Positions 24,115 to 36,949 are shown, numbered from the whole stretch's first letter. The stretch: DNA of 63,831 nucleotides, filler included, from Rhabdomonas costata (GCA_019059605.1; 55 parts of 55 records of this genome joined end to end with filler, not necessarily neighbours in it), one strand, 5' to 3'. Numbers and translations are program-made. Notes: generated from the letters alone by a model not told the origin.

Positions 24115-24790
24115 CGTTAGATGGCGCCCACTACCCACAACTTTACAAGCCCCAAACTTCCCGTAACATGTCCAACTGTTATCTCTAACACATTACCTCA
24201 TTAATTCTGGATGACTGTAATTTGCATGGTGCGTTATATAAACTGTTATCTACAGTTGGCCTATCGAAAACAAGTATGTTGCGTCGCGTCATTAGCTCTT
24301 GTTTTGTGATAATAGAAANNNNNNNNNNNNNNNNNNNNNNNNNNNNNNNNNNNNNNNNNNNNTTAATTAATTAANNNNNNNNNNNNNNNNNNNNNNNNNN
24401 NNNNNNNNNNNNNNNNNNGGTGTTTTTTTCAACAGAAAACAAGATCGGCTCTCCAGCGAATTGCCAAACCCTGCTCGTCTCCAGCTTCAGCTGAAGAAGA
24501 AAAAATTGGTCACCCGGGCACTGAAGCAAAGGATAGCGAGCGTTATGCGGATGAATGAAAAACGGGGAAAACGACTTTCCAGAGCGAACTGAGCCCAGCA
24601 AGGCCCCCCAAGTGCGCTGTGCGCAGGCGCTGCCAATCCGTGTTCCGGTGCACTGAATTGTGAAGTCTTCCGGTTCCGTCCCCTGCCTCAGTGTTTACTT
24701 GGCAGAGGGTTGGGTTTTCGACGATCTCGACGGCTCGAACACAGGAGCGAGTGCTCCCTCCTCGACCGCTTTTACACATTCTACTCAAAG

Positions 24791-25038
24791 GTGCGGCTGC
24801 AGGCCACCCCTGGGCCTTCTGTGCGGTCCTGCCGTACGCTGCGCGCGGCTCTGGGGGTGTATTGGCGCCTGCTGTGGGTGCGGCCTTACTCCGGAATCGC
24901 CATTCACCTTCCCCAGTACGCCGCGCTCAACGCACTGCGATTTGCGGCTTTCGAGGCGGCAAAGCCCTGGGTTGGCGTGATCCCGAACGGCCCCCCGCCG
25001 ACCACCAAACAGCTCTTCCTATCCGGGGCCTTCGCAGG
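24791..25038 (+). CDS. Mitochondrial carrier family exon (second carrier)
   Basis: caaag|VRLQATPG...PYSGIAIHLPQYAALNALRFAAFEAAK...KQLFLSGAFAG|gcatgc follows the carrier repeat architecture. Confidence 0.75.
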
Positions 25039-25857
25039 GCATGCTTTTGTTTTACAGCCTCTTTTTCCCGCTGCTGAGCTTCTCGCTCGTCTTCATCTTT
25101 CGATTTGGCACACAGACATGTGCACGCCGACATGTTGTGTTTCTCACATACGCGTCTGAAAGGATGCTTGAGAGAGCAACCACTCTTGCTTCTGTAAAGT
25201 GTAGCGATAACAGCTACACTGCTGTATCTACACTGCTTTTTCTCACGAATCGGTAAAGTATGAAAGGAAGAAGCTCAAACGAGAGCGCCGCCCGATGCAC
25301 TCCGATTGCTCCACTTGCTGATTCTCGAGCACAAAAGAGAAGGATTAATCCTACTTCACAAAGAGTTCGACCATTTTATGCTGTTGTGTGATAGTGCTGC
25401 TTGTTGAATCTGGGCTCTGGGTTCTTGAACAACGAGTTCTCTCAAAATAAAACCCTTGTTGATATTTGAACACCAACACCCNNNNNNNNNNNNNNNNNNN
25501 NNNNNNNNNNNNNNNNNNNNNNNNNTTAATTAATTAANNNNNNNNNNNNNNNNNNNNNNNNNNNNNNNNNNNNNNNNNNNNTTGTTGGGTGGGTTTGGTG
25601 TTGTGGGTGTCTGTGCAGCTGTGCTTGGTCTTAAATAGGTATATCAGACTTAAAGACTGAAGTAGAATAGACAGACGGTGTCTAGTGTTTGGTGTGCGTG
25701 TGTGTCTATCGGTGCTATTGGCGTTTTATTTTCTCCCTGCCCCCCTCATCGTCGTTAACGTGCATGAAGTGGTGGGTTCATGCTGGAATGCTCTGCGTCA
25801 GATTCTCTTTCCAATCTTTCTCTCTTTGTTCTTCCGTACACATACACGAGTCCAGAG

Positions 25858-26087
25858 ATGGGCCAAGTGCAGTCGTGTGTGGAGGCGGTATACGACCAGG
25901 TGGACCGGCTGCTGGACTTCATGCTCTTTAAGGCCGGGCCCACGGTGCCCGTGCCATTCTACCTCGTCATCAACGCTCAGAAGACCACCATGTTCGCGTA
26001 CATCCTGGGCCTGATGAAGTACTACTCCAACTGGGGCATCACCGCCCACGTCTACCTCGCTCTGCACGGCACCTACGGCCTGTGCTG
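25858..26087 (+). CDS. DUF1295 / steroid 5-alpha-reductase-like membrane protein, first exon
   Basis: MGQVQS...VINAQKTTMFAYILGLMKYYSNWGITAHVYLALHGTYGLCW|gt with the YLALHG(T/S)YG motif. Confidence 0.75.
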
Positions 26088-26742
26088 GTCTTTTGCATTG
26101 TTTGTTGCCTTGGGGTTGGTCAGGTAGTTGGGCTCATTCAGAGCAGTGTCCGTTCATGGCAGAGGTCCGTGACTGCACCCCCCACCAATGAAAATGGACA
26201 TTAAGACGACGCCTTGTAACACATATCGCCCCTTTACCCCCTGTCGATTTTCTGCTGGAGTTCTAAATGGCAGGTGCATTGTCCAACTCTAAAAACCCTC
26301 GGTTCTCGAACTTCAGTGGGAGCAAGGGCCCTCGGGAAAGTCATGGCAGGTTCATATTTCTAGTGCCTGATAACTTGCGGGAGGGGGGGCAGCAGAGCTC
26401 CTGCTGTGGTCCCTCCAGCGTCCCGCCTTCCTAGAATGCCATGTTCAGAGGGAATAAGCAGCGTGCGTGTTTCGCGCAGGACTTTTGTACTGACTCTCTC
26501 ACATTAGCCAACTTCGCACTGTTGTCTTTGATTTTGTGGTTGTTCGTTTTTTATGAAACGTTGGCAACGTGAGTATCTGATGAAAACCACCCCCCCCCCC
26601 CTGCCTTCCTGCAGATGCACACCGCAGTTCCCGAAAGATGAGNNNNNNNNNNNNNNNNNNNNNNNNNNNNNNNNNNNNNNNNNNNNTTAATTAATTAANN
26701 NNNNNNNNNNNNNNNNNNNNNNNNNNNNNNNNNNNNNNNNNN

Positions 26743-27258
26743 CCGTGGAGCTGGAGAGAGTGATGCTTGGACTGGAGGTTGTGGCGGTCTGCTGAGACTT
26801 GAAGGCTTTGGAGCTGGAGCGGGGCGAGCGAGCGGTAGAGGTGAAGGTTCCCGTCAACTTCATTGCAGAGACCACTGTCGACGAGGGCAAGTTCGTGAGG
26901 CGCAGATTCCCGGAAATGGTGCAAGCAGACAGATTCAGGTACGTCAGGGAGCTGGGAAGGCTCAGGCTAAGCGACCCTTGGATTGTATTGTCAGAGAAGG
27001 TGAAGCTCTGGAGCGAGCTGGGCAGGGAGCTGATGGTGAGGCTGGAGCTAAACGTGGAGCTGGAGAGCTGCAGCGTTGTCAGAGAGCTGGGAAGATTTAC
27101 GATGTTAAGAGTGCTTCCGAAGGTGGCCGAGGAGATCTTAATGTAGGTCGCGGAGGAGAAGTAGGAAAAGTCCAGCGTGCCCGTGCACTGGTAGCCAGAC
27201 ATATTCACTGAGGTCTGGTAAGACGGCACGCTGTTCTGGTCGGCCCACGTGGACACAC
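26743..27258 (-). CDS. Ser-rich leucine-rich-repeat protein exon (surface-protein-like)
   Basis: Repeats LPSSLTTLQLSSSTFSSSL / LPSSLQSFTFSDNTIQGSL / LPSSLTYLNLSACTISGNL; acceptor ccctgtag|. Confidence 0.85.
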
Positions 27259-28004
27259 TACAGGGAACTGATTAAAAAATGTTCGTGTGGACGATCAAAA
27301 ACGTGGGCGGAGCAATACGGATTTCAGGATTAATGGATGGTGTTGCAAGCGGACCCCTCCCCCATTTGAAAAGCAAAACGCCTCCTACCCCCACTCTTTC
27401 TGAATCTCACAAAAAAATACAAAGTTAAGAAAAAGAAACAACTAGGAGAGACTTTCATGTTGGTCAAAAATGTGAACCGGGGGACACGACTTGCAATTTT
27501 CGATATTAAAACTTGGTGTGAACATCTTTCCTCATCGAGATGCCAAAAGATGAGGACAATAGCCGTCAGCGCTGATATAATGCTAACAGCAGGCTGATCG
27601 CCGGACACCACGAGAGAGGTAGCATCTTCCTTCCGTCCGCAGACCATCTCTTTTGACACTACTTATGTTTCGGAGCAATTTTTGTGCACCAATAAACGAA
27701 TAACCCAACTCGCAGCGCCGCAGGGCGGAGGATGCTCCACCACTCGTGGGCAGCCCCGATTCTCCGGCTTGCCCCTCGCCTGATGCCTCAACTCAAGCAG
27801 CTGTTNNNNNNNNNNNNNNNNNNNNNNNNNNNNNNNNNNNNNNNNNNNNTTAATTAATTAANNNNNNNNNNNNNNNNNNNNNNNNNNNNNNNNNNNNNNN
27901 NNNNNGGGGTTTGGGGGAATTAAGTACGCCAGCGTTTCTCAGAGTTTGGGTGTTTGCACTGAGTTGGCTTGGTTGATTTTGAACTGAATGCATCTGTTGC
28001 TCAG

Positions 28005-28792
28005 GTGGAGCGAAAGGGCGGCTGCTGAAGACCTTTCACTGCGAACGGGAGGGCCTGGATGTTGTTGTCAAGGTGTACATGAAGCGTGTTGACCTGTCCG
28101 ACAAAGAACGCCTTCGGCAGGCAACCATCACTCTGAAAAGTTCGTTTCGATGTGTTTTTCTTCTGCACTTGAGTGTTACGTGACCTTAGTTTTCCGCACA
28201 GGGGCTGAAAACCTGTTGTCTTTTTCTGATCAGGTTCCGAAGCGAAGCTCCGGGCACACATTCAGGTGTTGTGGGGAAATAATAGCCGCATTACAAACGT
28301 TTGTGGCTACGGAAAGATGGAAGAAAACGAAAAGGGTATCTCCTGCTCATACTCGTCTCGTCGTGCAACTTTTGGGCTCGCCAATCTCCCTGCATGTTAG
28401 TGATATGTTTACGTGTTGTTTGTGCGCGTGCGAAGAAAGATTACTGTGAATTTCCGTTTGTTCCTTTTCCTAGTCGGGTACTTCGTTCGACAGTACTTCT
28501 ACCAGTCGTTGTACGAGCGTATCGTGACAAGGCCGTTTCTCTCGCACATAATGAAATGCTGGATTGCATTGCAGCTGCTGAAGGCTGTGGATGAACTCCA
28601 CCGCACCGGGGTATCACGTGCCTTTGTGCATTTTCGGAAGTTTTCCAAATCTGAGCCTGCAATTTTTCTAAATTGTCTGTGTTCTCCTAGGTAGCTCACG
28701 GAGATTTGAAAGCTGAGAATGTGATGATGACGTCGTATGGATGGCTCTTCATCACCGACTTGGCGCCATTTAAGCCGACATACCTCCGGATG
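28005..28792 (+). CDS. VPS15: VPS15 / PIK3R4 kinase domain, 4 exons
   Basis: [21 protein letters not shown]...[80 protein letters not shown] introns are phase-compatible. Confidence 0.95.
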
Positions 28793-29479
28793 GTACGAGG
28801 TTTTTCTTTCGCATTTTCACGCCCTTTTTTCTCCCTTTCGTTGTTGTGTCTTCATTACTTTTCTCCTCTGGTCTTCCCCATTCACTCGCCTTCTGTGATT
28901 TTCTTTTGTCTTGCTCGTTTTTGTTTCACTTGCGACTTGTACAACTGAGGCATTTTTTCCTCTTTTCNNNNNNNNNNNNNNNNNNNNNNNNNNNNNNNNN
29001 NNNNNNNNNNNTTAATTAATTAANNNNNNNNNNNNNNNNNNNNNNNNNNNNNNNNNNNNNNNNNNNNTAAATGTGCCAGGGAAAGTGGAATATTCAAATT
29101 AGCGAACACATTCGCCACACACATGAGCCCCCAAATGAGGGGGTCTTGCACATGGGTGGGGCCGCATAGCATCAGCTCCACAGAGGAAGACGTGGCGTAA
29201 CTACGACGGCCCCGCTGAAGTGTCTTGGGCGATTCATATCCAAATAAGACTTCAATGCAACTTTACATCAATACTAAAAGTATCTTTCAACCACTTCTGC
29301 AACTTTCTACTGCAATAACCTTCATTGCTGTCATTGGGTCGTTTATCTTTTCATTTGCGACAGCACACGTCTGCAGTACTTCTACTTATAACATAGAAAA
29401 ACAGTTGACCACATTGACAGCTGTCTAAGCTTTCCGGTATATGAGGAAAATGCTCAACACTTCAACTCCACATTTCCAA

Positions 29480-29950
29480 CTACAGTGCGCTTCTGCATAA
29501 TCTTCACAATATTCACATTATTCTGCATTTAGAGACTCTTCTGAAGCAAAAGGACCGTTCAAAAACCTACCAACTCGAACATGTTTTTCATTTCAACCAA
29601 GACTGGTATCTGGAACATCTCACCTCTGTCCTTGGAAGTCGCTACTATTACCTTCAGCACCATCTTCCTTGTCTTCATGTATCATTATCACTGGATCCAC
29701 TAATCTCCTGTGGTCTCTTTTGGTACGCTAAAATGGAACAAAGATTGAGCTCTCCACCTGAGATACTTTGAGATGTCCAACGCAAACGTTGTTTCTGTAA
29801 TTTGTTTCACAATAGTGAAGAGCCTCACGTCTTTTAAAATTAAAATTTTTACTAAATCTTTCCTTGTAATGGATCTTTGTGTTCATGAGCACGTCGTGCC
29901 CATGCTAATGGGAATGTCATCGGCCATAACCGCAATGTCATATTGCAACA
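29480..29950 (-). mobile_element. Degenerate Ty3/gypsy integrase C-terminus (GPY/F module), possibly with chromodomain
   Basis: Minus frame reads LFTIVKQITETTFALDISKYLRWRAQSLFHFSVPKE, similar to GPFxI.....Y.L.LP....HPVFHVS.LK. Downstream SFASEESLNAE is chromodomain-like. Many stops. Confidence 0.55.
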
Positions 29951-30376
29951 ACTGCTTGTGAGGAGTGGCAGTCCATATTGATTTCTGTTACAATCACACT
30001 GGTTTTTAACACAGACTTCTGCGACAATGTTAACAAAATTCTAGCTCGCCATTCTGATTGCTGACTGGTTTCAATTAACAGGGTTGCGGAATGTCCAATA
30101 CCATCTCTAACACCAGAACGTTTCTGACTTNNNNNNNNNNNNNNNNNNNNNNNNNNNNNNNNNNNNNNNNNNNNTTAATTAATTAANNNNNNNNNNNNNN
30201 NNNNNNNNNNNNNNNNNNNNNNNNNNNNNNGTTTGTTGGTCACCCCAACAGATACACAAAAAATGCATCGAACGCTGATCTTCTTCTGGTACCAACTGCG
30301 GCCTTTTTTCTGGTACGATGAGATACTCACAGGACCCACCCCAGCACCCGCCCGCCCGCACGTACGCACGCAGAAC

Positions 30377-31292
30377 CGCCAGGGTCAGCCCGATGGCCCA
30401 GATGTCAGCGGGGGTGCCGTAGCCCTCGCCACGGACCCGTTCGGGGCTCATGTACGCCGTGGAGCCCACCGCGCAATGCACCATCCCCCCGTCCGAGGGG
30501 ATCGCCACGCTGACTCCGAAGTCCGACAGCTTCGCAACCCCGTCGCGGTTCAGCAGAACATTCGAGGGCTGATTTGAGAATGGATATCGGGTGCGGGGAA
30601 CGAGCTATAGCTATTCGCTTACGAAACATGCCTGACAGGCTCTGGTCATTCTGCAAACGAGTCCGACAGGAGGTGCGGAGTGGTGCATTTTTAATACCCT
30701 GCCAACTTTTCAAATCAGTGGAAAAAAGGGCACAAATGCAACCAGTGCAGAACTTTGGCTCAAAATGGAAAAAAAAAGAAGAACAAACGCATGCTAACGC
30801 AAAAAATGGATCCAAGCCAAACTTTCCGACCCAACAAGGTTTAGAAATGCACACAGATGGAGTTGCACCCTCAGCGCGTGGGGTGGGAGGGCGGTGATCG
30901 AAACCAGACAGTTGTGTTCCAGAAAAGAACAACCAAAACAACGAATCGACCCCTTCAATGAGCGGTGCGATTCCAAAACGAAAACAAACAGTTCAAAGGC
31001 ACAGAAAAAGTCATTTCTTCTCGGCAACAGACCAATGCCTACTATTTCGAAAGCCCAAATTGTGGGCCATGTTATTGTTCGGCAGCTTGGGGGCATCCCC
31101 CCCCCCCCGTGACATGGGAAGTGGGCGAGGCAGAATGGCACGTTCAGTACCCTAATGAAACCACGAGTTTCCCACCTCACCCCAGGAGCATAAACTCACC
31201 ACTCCCAAACGAACCTTGAGGTCTCGGTGCAGAAGCCCCGCACGGTGCAGGGCATCCAGGCCGCGGAGGACCTGGCACGCCAGGCCACGCAA
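30377..31292 (-). CDS. MAP kinase kinase (STE7-like) catalytic domain, 2 exons
   Basis: Exon 31215-31292 QVLRGLDALHRAGLLHRDLK joins exon 30377-30568 PSNVLLNRDGVAKLSDFGVS...VGSTAYMSPERVRGEGYGTPADIWAIG. Confidence 0.93.
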
Positions 31293-31392
31293 NNNNNNNN
31301 NNNNNNNNNNNNNNNNNNNNNNNNNNNNNNNNNNNNTTAATTAATTAANNNNNNNNNNNNNNNNNNNNNNNNNNNNNNNNNNNNNNNNNNNN

Positions 31393-32095
31393 GGGGTGTG
31401 GGTGGGCGTCGCGGAGGCCAGCGAAAGCTTTTGCATGTCAGAGTTTACGGTCCAGTACAGCAGCAACGGCTGTGAGCCGTTGATGCGAGAGCCATTAACT
31501 CCCGGGTCAAAAAACCCCATTTGACGCTCTCCATTAGGAAGTCGTTTGACGCTCATATACGAACCCGAGGATGTAGCATATCCCATAAACAGAGGGCCCT
31601 CGATAAAAGTCAGCGCACGGTGAAGATAGCTGGGCAGGGTAACTGCGCTAGGGTCCACCAACACGGCAGCTGCAGCCATTTGGGCGATAACCGCCATCCC
31701 TCTGGTGAGAACGCTAATCTGAGCGGCCAACTGCAACTGAACCACGTCGAAAACGCGGCCAGCAACAGAGTCAACTGATTGTGATGCAGTTGCCGAGGTT
31801 GTCCTCCACAGAACAACCATGAAGGCCACGGCCACAAGCAACGCTGGAACAATGAGACTCACTGACATGGAACTCCACATTTGTGCTTCGGCGTGGGGGC
31901 CACTAGTCTCGCAGAAACAGTAGCTTCCGGGATGCGAATTGGGGAAGCAGGTACAGGCACTTCAACAATATCGGAATTGGTTGACAAAACAGTTGAAGCG
32001 CACTGTTGCGCTCGGGCAGCCGAGTTCCCGCGCGGACTGCTGGTTACTGGTTCACTCGCCAAGTCGACTTTGCGAGCAGGGAGAGGTTGGGACAT
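31393..32095 (-). CDS. Receptor-like membrane protein N-terminus with an apparent 1-nt frameshift
   Basis: ORF 32095-31859 (low-complexity N-terminus ...KHKCGVP) overlaps ORF 31880-31393 (MSVSLIVPALLVAVAFMVVLW transmembrane helix plus extracellular-like domain). Confidence 0.55.
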
Positions 32096-32901
32096 TTGTG
32101 GTTTGACGTTCCGCAGAAAAAAATTGTGCTGTAAGGAGGAGGAGGAGGAGGAGGCAGACTATAACGGCGACGGCACAGTTGACCTCTTCAACACCCACTC
32201 ACCTACTTCAGTCCTTAAGTCCTCAAATAATTGCACCCAGTAGGCTTCTGTTTCTATTGGCAATATTAGTGATCACTAGTAACCAGTTTTTGGCCGGCTT
32301 TGCCGATCCTGAAACAAAAAGCCGACCCACCAAACACACCAAAAGAGGGCCGAAGGTTGGGGAAAAGGTCAAGAACTCCACCTAGCAGCATTTGCCGTTG
32401 TAAGACATCACTACTGTTGCTGCGTTGCAAATGCTAGAGATAATAAAAAATAANNNNNNNNNNNNNNNNNNNNNNNNNNNNNNNNNNNNNNNNNNNNTTA
32501 ATTAATTAANNNNNNNNNNNNNNNNNNNNNNNNNNNNNNNNNNNNNNNNNNNNGGCTATGTAGTGGGCAGCACGGACTGCAGCCTATTGTGGTCCCCTTG
32601 GGGAGCGGGAGAAGCGCGCAACGACTCGGCCCACTCGTTGTTTCATAACCAACAGCTTGAGTTCAGCGCCCTCCTCCGCACTCTCGGGCACCACAGGGAC
32701 GCACGCGCTGTCGAAGTATTTATTCGGAGGCCCCCCTCCTCTCTCTCTTCGAGGTTCTCGAGGTTCTCACTGCAAACCAATGAGCGCCACTACCTCCCAC
32801 TGTGTGCTGGGTCCTGCCATGATTTAGGTCCACGCGTGAGTGAAGCGCACAGGCAATAAACGTGGAGAATGGCAAACAAAAATGCTAACAGGCATTCACA
32901 C

Positions 32902-33308
32902 CGATCATGAGGGAGTTTAGAATAGCGAACCAATGGATGTTGGAGGCGCTGGCGTCCGAGCTCCACAGGTAGTGGTCCCATCGCGAGCTCCACGCAACGT
33001 CACGGTCTTCAACCCACCGCACGCTGCAAATACCACCGTGGATGCATCCATGCAAACACAGAGTGTGTGTGACAACCCCAGCGTCTCTGGCACCGGCGCA
33101 CCGGCTCTGGCTGTGGTCACAGTGTCCAGAAGGGTCCAAAAAGGACTGGAAGCGTCTTCATTGAGGGAATGAGCAGATGGGTAACGAGGAGGCTCAGAGG
33201 GAAACCCCAACTCACTGCACCTGTAGGACCACGTGATGTGCTCGGTCTGATGCTCCTTGCCAATCTCCATGGTCTGCACATGGCGGTTGTTGGGGTCGAA
33301 CTCCTTTC
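32902..33308 (-). CDS. TM9SF: TM9SF / EMP70 nonaspanin, 2 exons
   Basis: ...EHITWSYS-VRWVEDRDVAWSSRWDHYLWSSDASASNIHWFAILNSLMI; GT-AG intron 33024-33220. The upstream exon boundary is uncertain. Confidence 0.93.
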
Positions 33309-36300
33309 CTGAGCGTATGGCATGTTTCTCATGCTCATCTTCTTCATGCTTTGGTAATCCGAAAGCTAAGGGTTCCGAGTCGCTCACGGACGGACATGAA
33401 AATTCAAAATAAACGCAGACCAGAATCCAACCGGTTATTTGCGCCACTGCAGCCGTAGTAGAGATCTGGAATGAAAGGACGCCGTCTCCGAAGAATTCAG
33501 GCGCGGACCCGTTAGGGTTGCAAAGAGCCGGTGTACCGGGCAAGCAGGCTGCACACATTCGCACACATTCTGGCCATCAGGGGCCAAGGCACCCCCCCGT
33601 CACCCTCCCCACCCANNNNNNNNNNNNNNNNNNNNNNNNNNNNNNNNNNNNNNNNNNNNTTAATTAATTAANNNNNNNNNNNNNNNNNNNNNNNNNNNNN
33701 NNNNNNNNNNNNNNNGTGGGGGTGTTCAACCTGCCCTTCACCACAACTGCGCGCCAGCTTAAGACCTTCTTGTCCACCTTCCCGGGCTTCGACAAAGTTC
33801 GAATGGTTTGTTATGTGTTGTGGTGTTCGCTGGGGTAGCCTGGCGCATAAACTCTCAGGCATCGGGCATCGGGCAAAGGCTCAACTCTCGAGTCATCGGG
33901 GGAAGGGTTCCCAATTGTAAGTTTGTGTTGGAATTGGTGGGGTGCTTTTGCAAGGATAGAGAATATTTTCTCTGGTTAGAATGTAGTAATATTTCTGTTG
34001 GACGGAAGGGGTGCCATTTCCCGAGACGACGAGGCAATAGGGAGGATACTCGTCTGGTGTCTGTGCACTTTTGTGCTCTTTCTTCTTCTTCTTTGGCTCC
34101 TCCTCATCTTACTCACCCACTACTGGACTTCTTGGGCTGTTCATACCAGCTCCCTAATTGCAGCTGACAAAGGAGTGAAGTTAAAACGGGCACTGTGGGT
34201 GTTTTTCCTTTAGCTTTGATGAGGGACCAGGCTCCACATCATCCCAGTGGCGACTGCTGGAATTAGGGTTGGGTAGTTTGCATGGCCAGGCACCTCTCAT
34301 CATTTGATCACTGAGTGCCCATGGTTGAGGGTGGATCGGGTGGGACTCCGGGGCAAGGGCGCAAGGGCCCTGTCATTGTCACAGCGCTCAGGCAGACCCC
34401 TCTCAGCCGATTAAGAATGACTGAATTAGGACTTGAACCGTACTTAATCCCGTTGGTTCTGGTCTGGTTCTTCAAATCTCCCGGCCCGCTCGGGAAGGTT
34501 GCCAGCGTAGTCTCGGCCGGAGCAGCGTCTCACTTCTGGCTACCGGCTCAGATTTGGTGACAAAAAGCAAAAGGCGGGGGGGAGTCACCACCTCATTTGT
34601 AAAAAATGAAATATAAAGTTCTTAGGTATATATATAAAGTTCTTCAAATTGTTGTTCTAATACATTTTACAAAGTCCGTGCACTTTCTCCGCCCTCCGTG
34701 TCAGTCCTCGGCCCCGGCCAACCCTGACAAAACAGCATCACAACACTACCTCTTCACATGGATGTGCACCAACCCCCNNNNNNNNNNNNNNNNNNNNNNN
34801 NNNNNNNNNNNNNNNNNNNNNTTAATTAATTAANNNNNNNNNNNNNNNNNNNNNNNNNNNNNNNNNNNNNNNNNNNNGGGTGTGGGGTGAGCAAGTCTTT
34901 CAAGTTTTCAGGGTCATCAATGCTGGAGCGAAGGAGCACCACTGAACAAGGAGAGGTTCCTTTGATTTGCATTTTATAAATTACACCTGAAGATAAAATA
35001 GACTCACATTATTTTGTTCCACGAAAAAAAATGCCCGTGATCGTGCTTCAAAGTTCCTGCATTGCAACGTTTGCCTTCCTCCATTTGCTCAGGGATCTGG
35101 GGGGTGTTTCCAATAGGGCGCAGAGTGGGTCATGGTGGTGGGCACGAAGAGGAGTGTTTGGATGGCGGATATAAACACCAGCATCCCCCTGACGGTGGGT
35201 TTGGTGGTGGGCTGTGGAGCAGGGTATGCGGTTTCTGTGGGGTGCCTTTTACTTCTTAACCTAATTCAATCCTTCAAGCTGGGTGGCCTCTGTCCTTCAG
35301 TTTCGTCTGTCGTCTTTCCGTATTCCACCTGCAGGACTGAGACCAGTCAAAATAAGATCCCCATATTTCAACACCACAGGCCACGTAAACATCAGCAGTG
35401 CGGGAGGGGGGGGGCTTTGCTCCAAACCGAAAGAAAAATTAAGAAGCAAGTAATCTGATGTTGATGCCGGCCAACTTGAGCTGTCATTACTCCTTTTCTT
35501 TTCAGTGCAAAAACCCTAGACCGCCCCCACCACCCCCAGTCCAACCGTCCAGCCACCGCTGCGTCTGTCATTCTCTCAAAAAAAAGGTTTCTGGTTCGAC
35601 GAAAGTCCCAAAAAAAAATAGTACAAGGGAACAATTAGTTTGCATTGCTAGTGGGGAACATCAAGCGCCACCAACAAGCAAATGGAGTTTCGGAAGCACC
35701 GTCACCAAGCGCAGCGGTTATGTTTCGTCCCCCCCCCACACACACACACTCACACAGACTCGAACCACCACCACCACCACCGTCACCACCAAGATCCCCA
35801 ACCCTTATTTCCCGTGCGCAATTGCGCAGATGTGCGGCTCCATAAACCAGATTCTTGATCAAAAAATGTCAAAAGTGAGAAGCGGAAAACCAAAGCTAAC
35901 GTCGCAAGGACATCCGGAAACATCGGCATACACCACAAANNNNNNNNNNNNNNNNNNNNNNNNNNNNNNNNNNNNNNNNNNNNTTAATTAATTAANNNNN
36001 NNNNNNNNNNNNNNNNNNNNNNNNNNNNNNNNNNNNNNNTTTGATGTGGTGACGCGGCTATTCTTGTGAACTCGACTGTTATATATAGGTATTGTACGTC
36101 CAATAAGCACTTCTGCTGTCAGGACAGAGCGTTCTTAGCCATATACCCAGATAAAACAGTCGAGTTCACAAGAATAGCCGCGTCACCACCACCACTCGGC
36201 AGCCTCGTGCAGAGGTAAAGTTGGATTCCGGACTCCTCCCTCGCCAGGAACAATGTCTTGTTGGATAAGATGGAAAGCCTGCCCGTGTCCAATTGGTTGG

Positions 36301-36477
36301 GAAAGCAGCCGAGGCATATGATCCGACAAGATGAGAAGGGACCCTGATTTCTCCAGAGTCGCTCTCTCCCTCCCTTTCTTCCAGTGAGGTGGGAAAAGCA
36401 TGGGCTCACAAGTGAATAGCAGGGTGAAGTCAGAAGGAAAAGGTAGAAGGGGGGTGCGGGGATTGCGGCAGCAGGAC

Positions 36478-36949
36478 CTTCGCCAGGCGGATGGTGCATC
36501 CCGCCGCGCTGCGCTCCGCGGATGCATCGGAGAGCTCGAAGGCCTGCTCCACCTTCAGGTTGGGCAGCCCTGTGAGCGAGTAAGAGGGAGCGAGTGAGTG
36601 TGTGCGAGTAGTAGGTGGGTGTCCACATTTTCCATGAATCGGGATTGGGCGCCCAGCGCTCAGGTGCATGTGTGGTCAGTTTCGGTCTTTATCCCTGCTG
36701 AAAACTTTCGCCCCCTCCCCCCTCGTTCCCCTCCATTGCAGGGTCAACCCACCGCGCACTGGACAGGTTCGGGTGGAGATCTCTGAAGGGATGGGGGTGA
36801 GGGGTTGGCATGCCCTCGATTTCGAGGATGCGGCCGTTAAAGCAGTTCTTCTTGCCCGCCTTGGCGACGGTAAGCAGGCCCCTCTTAATAGCGGCGTACG
36901 GGATGGCATTGACCAGGTCGCGCAGGGTGATCCCAGGCTGCATCGTGCC
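36478..36949 (-). CDS. acnB: Aconitate hydratase B (bacterial-type AcnB), 2 exons
   Basis: Exons 36814-36949 and 36478-36569 give [76 protein letters not shown], closely matching the conserved AcnB segment. Confidence 0.95.

Noticed and set aside
36046-36189. Perfect 35-bp inverted repeat
   Set aside because: At a contig edge, with an imperfect inner stem and perfect outer arm, the signature of self-priming fold-back.
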